From Dehalococcoidia bacterium (lineage in GTDB: Bacteria > Chloroflexota > Dehalococcoidia > UBA2979): DNA of 64,000 nt. Location of the stretch: positions 774,855 through 838,854 of the forward strand of contig CBDFJZ010000008.1 in assembly GCA_965248675.1 (NCBI GenBank). The letters are read 5' to 3'. Shown piece after piece: positions 1 through 8,614 of this stretch. A program made the position numbers and the translations under genes. Within the stretch, counting starts at the first letter, position 1; each line of letters opens with the position of its first letter. The notes beneath the pieces are model-generated. The model did no database searches, was not told where the DNA came from, and saw nothing but the letters and a program-made list of their open reading frames with translations.

Positions 1-125
1 GCGTGGACGTCACGCTACACGTCGAACCAGAGGCGTTCCACGTCTACCCGTTCTTCGTGCCGGGCGCCCCCGGAGAGCCGGCCGCGATCGAGGCCATCGG
101 CAGCTTCCTGCGGCGTCACGGATGA
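1..125 (+). CDS. C-terminal end of an alpha/beta-hydrolase (esterase/lipase-like); 5' part lies outside the window
   Basis: The frame entering from the window edge (codons from nt 3) reads VDVTLHVEPEAFHVYPFFVPGAPGEPAAIEAIGSFLRRHG, with TGA at 123-125. A His followed by a ...FL tail is typical of fold-3 esterases. Only 40 aa are visible. Confidence 0.4.
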   Translation, partial: VDVTLHVEPEAFHVYPFFVPGAPGEPAAIEAIGSFLRRHG

Positions 126-189
126 GTGGGGCGCGCCGCCCGTACGATGAACGAGGAGCGGATTCTGTCCGCAGCGAGGGAGCATCGCG

Positions 190-1422
190 ATGACCGCACG
201 AACCGACGTCGGCTTCGACATCTTCGACCCCGCTGCGATCGCGCGGCCGCACCAGTTCTACGAGCGCCTGCGGGCGGAAGCGCCAGTCGCCTGGTCGAAC
301 CAGATGAAGGCCTGGCTGCTCACGCGCTACGAGGACGTTCGCACCGTGCTTCGCGATCCGGAGCACTTCTCCAGCCTGCGTCCCTCGCAGGGTGGCACGC
401 AGATGAGCGGCCGCCCGGATATGTACCGCGAGGACGTCGCGCCCGCGGGCACGCTGACGATGCTGGGCGCGGACCCGCCGGACCACACGCGGTTGCGTCG
501 CTTGCTCGACCGGGACTTCACGCCCTCCAAGATCCGTGCCCTGGAATTACATGTCCAGGAGATCACCGATCGGCTGCTCAAGGACGCGGCACAGCAGGAC
601 GAGTTTGATGTCGCGGAGGATCTCGCGGTCACGCTGCCCGTGACGGTGATCGCCGAGCTGATCGGGATTCCGCCCGCTCTGGGCGACCAGTTCAAGCGCT
701 GGTCGGATGCCGCCACCGAGCCGTTCCGCCCAGACAGCACCGACGAAGAGATCGTCGAGCGCAACCGGGAGATCGTCGCGTTCCGCGAGTACCTCCAGGC
801 GCAGATCGAGGACCGTCACGCGAATCCGTCCGAGGACTTCATTGGACGGCTCGTCTCGGCCCACGACGAGGAGAGCAAGCTCACCGACGCTGAGGTGCTG
901 TCATCGGTCAACCTGCTCCTGCTCGCCGGCAACGAGACGACGACCAACCTGATCTCCAACGCGACGCTCGCGATGACGAAGTTCCCCGACCAACAGCAAG
1001 CGTTGCGGGACAACCCGGACCTGATCGAGGTCGCGATCGAGGAGTTCCTGCGCTACGACGGTTCCGTCCAATACACCTCGCGCGTCGCGCAGGCGCCGGC
1101 GGAGTTCCAGGGTCAAGCGATCAAGGAGGGCGACAACCTGATCGTGGTCCTCGCCTCGGCGAACCGCGATGAGGAGGTCTTCCCGAACCCGAACACGCTC
1201 GACTTCTCACGCGAGAAGCAGCGCCACGTTGGGTTCGGCGACTGGATTCACATCTGTCTCGGGCAACACCTCGCCCGCCTGGAGACGAAGTGCGCGCTGC
1301 TCTCGTTGTTGCGCGAGTTCCCCGACTTCGAGCTGGCAATCCCGGAGGAGGAGATCCCCTACCGCGCGAACTTCAACCTGCGCGGACCGAAGTACCTGCC
1401 GATTCGCCGCCAGACGTGGTAG
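190..1422 (+). CDS. cytochrome P450 monooxygenase
   Basis: 410-aa ORF with GAGGGAG about 8 nt upstream. It has the I-helix LLLAGNETTTN, ExxR (EEFLR) and the Cys-ligand loop FGDWIHICLG. Confidence 0.9.
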   Translation: MTARTDVGFDIFDPAAIARPHQFYERLRAEAPVAWSNQMKAWLLTRYEDVRTVLRDPEHFSSLRPSQGGTQMSGRPDMYREDVAPAGTLTMLGADPPDHTRLRRLLDRDFTPSKIRALELHVQEITDRLLKDAAQQDEFDVAEDLAVTLPVTVIAELIGIPPALGDQFKRWSDAATEPFRPDSTDEEIVERNREIVAFREYLQAQIEDRHANPSEDFIGRLVSAHDEESKLTDAEVLSSVNLLLLAGNETTTNLISNATLAMTKFPDQQQALRDNPDLIEVAIEEFLRYDGSVQYTSRVAQAPAEFQGQAIKEGDNLIVVLASANRDEEVFPNPNTLDFSREKQRHVGFGDWIHICLGQHLARLETKCALLSLLREFPDFELAIPEEEIPYRANFNLRGPKYLPIRRQTW

Positions 1423-1500
1423 GCGCGCCGGTCGCGGCGGGCCCGCCGGAGGCGAAACGGCGCCTTCCTCGATGGCGGCGGTCGCCCTCAGGCGCGTGCG

Positions 1501-2928
1501 CTACCAGGTGTCAATCGGGTGCTTCTTCTCCGGGCGATCGAGGTTGCGCCTCAAGTGGCGCAGCACCCGAATGATGCGATCGCGGGTCTCGGCAGGCGCC
1601 ACGACGTTGTCGAACGCGTTGTGGTTGTGGACGGCGGCGAACCCGTCCGGCCGCCCGACTTCCGCGATCGGCCAGGCCAGGCAGAGCGCCGGGACGCTGC
1701 GCGCGTTGAGCGAGCCGGCCATGACGGCCGGACCGAGGCCGCGCCCCCGCCGGACCAGCACGCTGAAGAGCGGCACGCTGCGGTGCTGGTGCGCGACGAA
1801 GGGGCGGGTGTGCCAGCGGGTGATTCCGGGCTCGGTCGCGATGTCTTCATTCTTGTCGCCCCAGCTCGCGACGCAACCGGGCGTGTCGATCAGCGAGATG
1901 ATCGGGAATTCGTAGGCGTCGCACAGCTCGACGAAGCGCCCGACTTTGGTCGCCGCGTTCTCGTCGATCGCGCCGTCATCAACCAGCGGTTGATTGGCGA
2001 GGATGCCGACGGACCGGCCGTCCATCCGTGCGAGCACGGTGATCAGCGAGGTGGCGAAGCTCGGTCGCAGCTCGAAGACGCTGCCGACGTCGGCGAGGGC
2101 CTCGATCACCGCGCGCATGTCGTAAGGGCCCTCGTCCGGGACGAGCGCGTTGATCTCGGCCGCGCTCGGCGACGGCGAGCCTGACGGGCGGTCCTCGTAG
2201 TAGGCGAGGTACTGGCGAGCCGCGCTGATCGCCTCGGCTTCGTCGGCGACGAGCAGGTCGATGCCACCGCGGGTCTCGTGCATCTCGACGCCGGCGAGCT
2301 CGTTCGGGGTCAGCCGTTTGCCGAGCGCGGCCTCGACCATCGGCGGTCCGCCCATGCCGATCGAGGACCCCCGCGTTCCGATCAGGAAGTCCGCGAAACC
2401 GGCCAGGCTCGCATGACCAGCGAACGACGGACCGGAGACGATCGCAATCGTCGGCACCAGGCCGGACAGCTCGGCCACGCCGTCGATGATGCTGAAGCGA
2501 CCGATGCCGCCGTTGATCTCGATGTGATCCATCCCTGAGCGCGGATGCCGGGCGCGGCTGCCACCGCCGTCGACGAAGAACACCAGCGGCCAGCGGTGCT
2601 CGACCGCGAGCGCGAACAGCCGGCCGAGGCGCCCGGCGCCGTAGCCGCCGCCGTGATCGGTGAAGTCGGTGGAGGAGGCGATCACCGTCTGGCCGCCGAT
2701 CGTGCCAATGACGTCGACGCCCCCAGCTTCCGCGATCCACTGACCGCCCTCGGTCTGGGCGGCGATCGCGCCGTATTCGACGGCGGAGTCTGGATCGAGC
2801 AGCGCGTCGAGGCGCTCGCGTGCGCTCAGCTTGCCCCCGGCACGGACGCGCGCCAGGGCATCGGGGCGCGCGGAGTCCAGCTGCGCCCCGCGGGCGGCCA
2901 GCATCGCGTCGATCAGCTTCTGGTCCAC
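1501..2928 (-). CDS. acyl-CoA carboxylase carboxyltransferase-domain protein (PccB/AccD-like)
   Basis: 475-aa ORF. The N-terminal GGKLSARERLDALLDPDSAVEYG and a two-halves crotonase-like layout are typical of Carboxyl_trans proteins. It lies 50 nt downstream of a paralogue on the same strand. Confidence 0.85.
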   Translation of the reverse strand: MDQKLIDAMLAARGAQLDSARPDALARVRAGGKLSARERLDALLDPDSAVEYGAIAAQTEGGQWIAEAGGVDVIGTIGGQTVIASSTDFTDHGGGYGAGRLGRLFALAVEHRWPLVFFVDGGGSRARHPRSGMDHIEINGGIGRFSIIDGVAELSGLVPTIAIVSGPSFAGHASLAGFADFLIGTRGSSIGMGGPPMVEAALGKRLTPNELAGVEMHETRGGIDLLVADEAEAISAARQYLAYYEDRPSGSPSPSAAEINALVPDEGPYDMRAVIEALADVGSVFELRPSFATSLITVLARMDGRSVGILANQPLVDDGAIDENAATKVGRFVELCDAYEFPIISLIDTPGCVASWGDKNEDIATEPGITRWHTRPFVAHQHRSVPLFSVLVRRGRGLGPAVMAGSLNARSVPALCLAWPIAEVGRPDGFAAVHNHNAFDNVVAPAETRDRIIRVLRHLRRNLDRPEKKHPIDTW

Positions 2929-2978
2929 CGGTGCTCCGTCCTCGGTTCGATCACCGCGGGTTGATCGGCCCGGCCTGA

Positions 2979-4424
2979 TCAGCGCGGGTCAATCGGATGC
3001 TTCTTCCTCGAGGCCAGCGCGCGCGGGACACGCTCGATCATGGTGCGGATGCGCTCCCGGGTCTCGAGCGGGTCGACGATGTCGTCGAAGGAGAAGGATC
3101 GCCCAGCGCGCAGACCGGAGGCCGCCTCGCGCCGCTGATCCGCATACTCGTTGCGGATGCGGAAGGCCTCCTCGCGGCTCTCGGCGGCGTGGATCTCTTT
3201 GCGCTTCACCAGGTAGGCGGCGCCCTCGAGCGACATGCCGCCGGACTCGACGGATGGCCACGCGAGCCGCAGATCGGGGACCACGCGGCTGGCGCCGAAC
3301 CCGGACATCGCGCTCGGACCGAGACCGTACGCCTTGCGCAACTGCACCGAGTACAGCGGGACGGTGCGGTGGTGGAGCGCGGCAAGCGGACGCGCGTGGT
3401 GCCTCGCCATTCCGTCGCGCTCCGCCTGCGGCCCGACCATGTATCCGGGGTTGTCGACGAACGAGATCAGCGGGAACTCGTGCGCGTCGCACAGTTCGAC
3501 GAAGCGCGCGGCCTTGTCGGCCGCATCCGAGTCGATCGCGCCCGCGACCGAGGAAGCGGGCTGGTTGGCGAAGATCCCGACCGTGCGACCGCCGAGGCGC
3601 GCCAGCACGGTCAGCATCGCGCGCCCCCAGCCGGGGCTCAGCTCGATGGTGCTGTCGGCGTCCGCGAACGCCTCGATCACGTTGCGCATGTCGTACGGCC
3701 GTCGTCGATCGTCGGGGATGAACGAGCGCAGCTGATCGTGCGTGGGGGACGCTTCGCCGCTCGGGAACTCCTGCAGGAAGAAGCCGAGGTAGCGCCTCGT
3801 CGCGACGATCGCGGCTGACTCGTCATCAACGACAAGGTGAACGTCGCCGCGGGCGGCGTAGTCCGTGACCGAGCGAACGATCGGGTCGCCCTCGGCGCCG
3901 GACGGTCCCCACGATCCGAACTCGGAGGCAGCCGTGGCGACGACGAAGTCGGAGAGCATCGCGATCCCGGCGTGACCGTCGATCGACCGGCCGCTGACGA
4001 TCGCGACGGTGGGCGCCCAGCCCGACAGCTCGGCGAGACCGTCGTAGAGGTCCCAGCGCACACCCGTGGAGGCGACGATCGGCGGCGGCCGGAGCGGCTC
4101 ATCGCGCCGCGCGCCGTCGCCGTCGACGAAGCAGACGAACGGCCAGCGGTGCGTGTTCGCGAGGTAGATCAGACGCGCGAGCTTCCGCTGGTTGCGGGCG
4201 CTCTGCGTGCCGTGGTGCACGCTCTGGTCGTACGAGGCGGCGACGACGGGCTCTCCGTGGATCAGCCCGGAGCCGGCAACCAGGCCGTCGGCGGGCGAGG
4301 CGTCATCGACCTCGGAAGTCTCCCCCGCCAGCGCGCCGTACTCGACGAAGCTCTCCGGGTCGAGCAGCGTGGACATGCGCTCGCGAGCGGTGAGACGACC
4401 AGCGGCATGGGCAGCCGCGACCAT
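2979..4424 (-). CDS. acyl-CoA carboxylase carboxyltransferase-domain protein (second paralogue)
   Basis: 481-aa ORF from ATG 4424 (AGRLTARERMSTLLDPESFVEYG). In-frame codons up to 4496 (ILEDKLIEQIRDARAQSLDAARPE) align with the N-terminus MDQKLIDAMLAARGAQLDSARPD of the neighbour. The true start may therefore be a non-ATG codon at 4493-4496, behind GAGGGG. Confidence 0.85.
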   Translation of the reverse strand: MVAAAHAAGRLTARERMSTLLDPESFVEYGALAGETSEVDDASPADGLVAGSGLIHGEPVVAASYDQSVHHGTQSARNQRKLARLIYLANTHRWPFVCFVDGDGARRDEPLRPPPIVASTGVRWDLYDGLAELSGWAPTVAIVSGRSIDGHAGIAMLSDFVVATAASEFGSWGPSGAEGDPIVRSVTDYAARGDVHLVVDDESAAIVATRRYLGFFLQEFPSGEASPTHDQLRSFIPDDRRRPYDMRNVIEAFADADSTIELSPGWGRAMLTVLARLGGRTVGIFANQPASSVAGAIDSDAADKAARFVELCDAHEFPLISFVDNPGYMVGPQAERDGMARHHARPLAALHHRTVPLYSVQLRKAYGLGPSAMSGFGASRVVPDLRLAWPSVESGGMSLEGAAYLVKRKEIHAAESREEAFRIRNEYADQRREAASGLRAGRSFSFDDIVDPLETRERIRTMIERVPRALASRKKHPIDPR

Positions 4425-4643
4425 CTCGGGGCGCGCGGCATCCAGCGATTGCGCGCGCGCGTCGCGGATCTGTTCGATCAGCTTGTCTTCCAGGATCGGA
4501 CCCCTCGCCGCCGCGCCTCGATGTCAGCGAAACCAGTCGGCCACGGCCACCGACGGGCGCCACCGGCCGGCTATGCGGCTTGCGTCGGACTCACCTCGAG
4601 CCGCTGTCACTATAGGTGGCGTGATGCCACCGATACGGCCCGG

Positions 4644-7085
4644 CTAGTGGATCACGTCGTCGGCGAGCAGTTCGACGAACTTCTCCTCGGACAGTCCGAG
4701 CAGGCCCCGGTACACCTCCTCGTTGTGCTCGCCCAGCCGTGGGGCGCGGCGAAGGGGCAAGGTTACGCCGTCCATCCGCGACGGCTGGGCGTGCGTGGTG
4801 TAGACGACATCCTCGTCGGGACGTTGGACGGCGAGCAGGTGTTGCGTCGACAGTCCCGGATCGCGAGTGACCATGTCCTCGAGATCCTCGACGACGCCGG
4901 CGCGGACGCCATGACGTTGCAGCTCCTGCATCCCGTCCCATGGGTCTCGGGTGTGAGTCCACGCGGTGAGGATGTCGTCGATCTGATCCTCGTGATCGTG
5001 TCTCGCCTCGAGCGTCACGAAACGCGGATCGGATGCAAGCTCGGGCTGCGCGATCGCTTCGCTGAGGTGGCGCCATTCCTCGTTCGAGGTTACGGCGATC
5101 GCGCACCAGCGGTCGGCGCCCAGGCAGCGGTAGGCGCCGTGCGGAGCGAAGTCTCGCGAGCGGTTGCCCTGCTCGCCCGGGGGCAGGTCGCCGTTCGCGG
5201 TGTACTCGAGGATGTCCGTCCCCAGCAGATTGACGGTCGCCTCAGCCTGTGCGAGCTCGATGAACTGGCCCTCGCCGGTGCGATCGCGATGGTGGAGCGC
5301 GGCCATTAGCGCGCTGACGGCAAAGTAGGGTGCGGAGAAGTCGGAGTAGAGCGGGCCGATGCCGGTGGGCGGGCGGCCGGGGAACCCCATGTTGGCGTTC
5401 ATGCCGCCGAATGCGATCACGCCGTTGCCGTACGAGCCATAGCGGAGGTACGGGGCGCTCGTTCCCATGACGGGCATCGTCAGCATGATGATGTCCGGCT
5501 TGATCTGCTTCAGGTCGTCGTAGCCCAGCCCCCAACGGTCCATCCGATCGCCTGTGAAGTTGTTGGTGACGACGTCCGAGCGGCGGATGATCTCGCGCGC
5601 GAGCTCGATCCCGCGAGGGTCGCCGAGGTTGAGCTCGATCGAGCGCTTGTTCGTGTTCGTATCGTTGAAGACGCCGTTCGTGTTGACGCTGCCGGGCTCC
5701 GAGGGCTGAACCCCGGCGGACCGGATCACGTCCATGCGGGCGGCCGACTCGATTTTGATCACCTCGGCGCCATAGTCCGCCAGCACCCGCGACGCGGTAG
5801 GCCCGGCGATCAGCCAGAAGAAGTCCGCCACGCGGATGCCGTCGAGAGGTAGTGGTCGGGCGGCGGCCGCGTCGCTCGCGTCGCTGATCGTTGTGGCGGC
5901 CGCGGCCAGCTCAAGCTCCGAGAACACCTCGTCGTTGTGCTCGCCGAGTTGCGGCGCGGGCGCGAGCGGAACGGCGGGCGGCGCGCTCAAGCGGTACGGC
6001 GGTCCCGCGTCGGTCAGGTCGACGCCGCGGCCCGCGTGGTGTGTGGTGCTGAAGAAGCTGCGCGCACGGAGGTGTTCGTCCTCGATCAGATCGCGCGCGT
6101 GATTGACCGGCATCACGAGCATCCGGCGGCCTTGTCCTTCGTGGAACAGATCGATCCGGTCGTAGCGGGCGGCGAGCTGCGCGATGATCTGCCGACTCAC
6201 GTCGCTGTTTGCGAGGCGGTACGCCGGATCTTTCCACTCGGGGCCGCCGAGCGGCCCGGCGATCTCCTCCTCGACGAGCCAGTCGACGAAGGCGTCCCAG
6301 AGCGGAGGCGCACCGAGCGGCACGGTGAAGTTGACCCAGCGGCCATCGCGGCACTGGTACAGGCCCGGACCCCCCTCGGGATCGACGACGCTCGCACGTC
6401 TCGGGATCCTTCCATGCCAGGTGTACGTGTTGGCGTTCGCCGTCTGCAGCGTCGCCATCGAGGTGCCTTCCTGCATCGAGACGTCGATGCGGGTGCCACG
6501 CGCGTGCGGATCGCGATCGCGGCCAGCCAGCGCGATCAGCGCCGCCGAGGCGGCGACCAGCGAGGCCATGTGATGGGCTTGCTCCGCCCCGGGCTGCGCG
6601 GGCGGGTCGTCCGGATGGCCGTTGAGATACATCAGACCGCTGGTCGCGGTTCCGATCAGGTCGCTCCCGAGGTAGTCGCGGAATGGTCCGTCCTGACCGA
6701 ACGGCGTGATGGTGGTGTAGAGCAGGCCCGGGTTGAGCGGTTGCAGATCGGCGTAGCCCGCGCCGATCGCGTCCATCGCCCCCGGGGGTGCGGTCTCGAT
6801 CAGCAGATCGGCCGTGGCAGCGAGGCGGCGCAGACGAGCGACGCCCTCGTCGCTCTCGAGGTCGAGCGTGACGCCGCGTTTGAAGGCGTTGAAGTGCTGG
6901 TGGTAGAGGCTGCGCTCGATCCCGGGCTGGTGGCCGAGGAACGGCTGCCGCCGGCGGGAGTCATCGCCGGCGGGCGGTTCGACGCGGATCACGTCCGCGC
7001 CTAGCTCGCCGAACATCCGACCGACAAACAGCCCCGGCGCCGTCGCGAGGTCGATCACGCGCAGGTCGCTCAGCGCTCCGCTCAC
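4644..7085 (-). CDS. tandem double-module family-III CoA-transferase (CaiB/BaiF-type x2), 813 aa
   Basis: Two module openings: LRVIDLATAPGLFVGRMFGELGADVIRVEPP (N-terminal) and IRVADFFWLIAGPTASRVLADYGAEVIKIES (mid-protein). The C-terminal LGEHNEEVY tail is typical of the family. Confidence 0.85.
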   Translation of the reverse strand: MSGALSDLRVIDLATAPGLFVGRMFGELGADVIRVEPPAGDDSRRRQPFLGHQPGIERSLYHQHFNAFKRGVTLDLESDEGVARLRRLAATADLLIETAPPGAMDAIGAGYADLQPLNPGLLYTTITPFGQDGPFRDYLGSDLIGTATSGLMYLNGHPDDPPAQPGAEQAHHMASLVAASAALIALAGRDRDPHARGTRIDVSMQEGTSMATLQTANANTYTWHGRIPRRASVVDPEGGPGLYQCRDGRWVNFTVPLGAPPLWDAFVDWLVEEEIAGPLGGPEWKDPAYRLANSDVSRQIIAQLAARYDRIDLFHEGQGRRMLVMPVNHARDLIEDEHLRARSFFSTTHHAGRGVDLTDAGPPYRLSAPPAVPLAPAPQLGEHNDEVFSELELAAAATTISDASDAAAARPLPLDGIRVADFFWLIAGPTASRVLADYGAEVIKIESAARMDVIRSAGVQPSEPGSVNTNGVFNDTNTNKRSIELNLGDPRGIELAREIIRRSDVVTNNFTGDRMDRWGLGYDDLKQIKPDIIMLTMPVMGTSAPYLRYGSYGNGVIAFGGMNANMGFPGRPPTGIGPLYSDFSAPYFAVSALMAALHHRDRTGEGQFIELAQAEATVNLLGTDILEYTANGDLPPGEQGNRSRDFAPHGAYRCLGADRWCAIAVTSNEEWRHLSEAIAQPELASDPRFVTLEARHDHEDQIDDILTAWTHTRDPWDGMQELQRHGVRAGVVEDLEDMVTRDPGLSTQHLLAVQRPDEDVVYTTHAQPSRMDGVTLPLRRAPRLGEHNEEVYRGLLGLSEEKFVELLADDVIH

Positions 7086-7162
7086 TCAGGCATCCTCTGT
7101 CCTGCTTACCCTCCGTTGAGCGCCGGAGCAGTACGCGCCGCGCGAGCGCTGCCGAGCCCCGA

Positions 7163-8425
7163 TCAGACGGTCGCGGCGGCGGGCTCCTGGGCATACGTCG
7201 TCAGCTCATCCAGCGCCGGCTTCACCTCGCTCATGAACAGCTCCAGGTTGCGAATCACGCTCTCCTTCGGCTGCTGGGCGTAGTGGATGATCAACGAGAT
7301 GTACTCCGCCGGGAGCAGCTCCCACTGACGGACGAGCTTCTCCCTGACGTCGTCCACGGTGCCCCAGGCGTGGGTCTCGAGGCCCTCGAGCTGCTCCGCG
7401 AACGCCTCGAGCGGGGCGTCGACCGGCAGCATCTCCTCGGGAACGGCGTCGGGACGTGCCAGCGCGAGCTGGTGATAGAAGTTGCGCTGGATCTCGGCGT
7501 CGTACTCGCGGAGGGCGCGGCGCGCCTCCTCGCGGGTGTCGCCGATCTGCAGCCAGCGGACGGTCGCCTGGTTCTGTCCGAGAGCGAAGTCGTGCCCGCC
7601 CTCGCGCGCGGCCTCCTGGTAGACGCGCCCGTGCTCGTCCGCCCGCTCGATCCCCGAGAAGTAGGTGGGGATGAACCCCTTGCGACCGGCGAAGGCGACG
7701 GACTTCAGGCTCCCAGTCGTCGCGACGAAGACCGGCGGATGGGGCTGCTGGTAGGGCGCCGGCACCACGGAAACGCGGCGCACCTTGCGATCGGCGTCAA
7801 GCTCCCCGGGGGCGCCGAGCCGCTCGGTCGTGTCGGCCATCCACCACTCGATGCCCTCGTCGTAGGGGTAGGGGATCTGCCAGCCCGCCGTGTTCCGCTC
7901 GATGGTGTCCTGCGTCCAGGCCTCGATCACCATCTCGACGTGCTCCTGGAACATGTCGCGGTTGGCCTGATCGGCGGCGCCGCCGTCCGAGAGGGTCGCG
8001 ACGGTTCCGAAGTGTTGCCCAATCACGTTGGTCCAGCGGTCCTGGTAGCCGCGAGCGAAGCCAACGAAGCAACGTCCCTGAGAGAGGTGATCGAGGACCG
8101 CGACCTCCTCGGCGACGCGGATCGGGTTCTGGGTGGTCATCACGTAGCCAAGCTGGCCGACGCGGATCTGCTTCGTGATCGCCGCCCAGTAGGCGTCCAT
8201 GATCCCCGGCGTCGGCCCCAGCTCGTAGCCCTCGGAGTGGAAGTGGTGCTCGATCGGCGCGACGCCCCAGACCCCGAGGTCGTCGGCCGCTTGCACGATG
8301 TCGTGCAATCCGCTGATTGCTTCCTGGTAACGATCGACGTTGCGTCCGATTGGACGGAGCGCGGCGCGTTCGGCCTCATCCTCCGCGCGAACCATCGGGT
8401 AGACCTGTAGGATCACCTTGACCAT
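7163..8425 (-). CDS. luciferase-like (LLM class) flavin-dependent oxidoreductase, 420 aa
   Basis: Long ORF with bacterial-luciferase family character (GVAPIEHHFHSEGYE, LSQGRCFVGFARG). It is the first gene of a same-strand run ending at 1501. Confidence 0.75.
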   Translation of the reverse strand: MVKVILQVYPMVRAEDEAERAALRPIGRNVDRYQEAISGLHDIVQAADDLGVWGVAPIEHHFHSEGYELGPTPGIMDAYWAAITKQIRVGQLGYVMTTQNPIRVAEEVAVLDHLSQGRCFVGFARGYQDRWTNVIGQHFGTVATLSDGGAADQANRDMFQEHVEMVIEAWTQDTIERNTAGWQIPYPYDEGIEWWMADTTERLGAPGELDADRKVRRVSVVPAPYQQPHPPVFVATTGSLKSVAFAGRKGFIPTYFSGIERADEHGRVYQEAAREGGHDFALGQNQATVRWLQIGDTREEARRALREYDAEIQRNFYHQLALARPDAVPEEMLPVDAPLEAFAEQLEGLETHAWGTVDDVREKLVRQWELLPAEYISLIIHYAQQPKESVIRNLELFMSEVKPALDELTTYAQEPAAATV

Positions 8426-8492
8426 CGAGTTGCTCCTCGACTTGCCGGGCGGACCCGGACTGCGTTGTCGGCTTGCCGGCGAGCGAGGGCAG

Positions 8493-8556
8493 GATTAGTA
8501 CCCTTCAGTCCGAAGCCGATCGACTCGGCGCGGACGTGCCCCGCGCAGATTAGTAC
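8493..8556. promoter_or_regulatory. direct repeat GATTAGTAC (8493-8501 and 8548-8556) in the LLM upstream region
   Basis: Two identical AT-rich 9-mers sit 55 nt apart in an otherwise GC-rich 190-nt intergenic region upstream of the minus-strand gene starting at 8425. On the minus strand they read GTACTAATC, containing a -10-like TACTAAT. Confidence 0.3.
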
Positions 8557-8614
8557 GTCGCGCGAGGTCGTGCGTAGCCGCGAGGGCTCGCCATGGGCCG
8601 AACCCGGTGGCGGA

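Noticed and set aside
4613-4640. GGTGGC-GTGAT-GCCACC hairpin and adjacent TATAGT as an internal terminator/promoter between the CoA-transferase and carboxyltransferase genes
   Set aside because: The stem is short (6 bp), there is no U-tract and there is no matching -35. It cannot be distinguished from chance in GC-rich sequence without transcript data.
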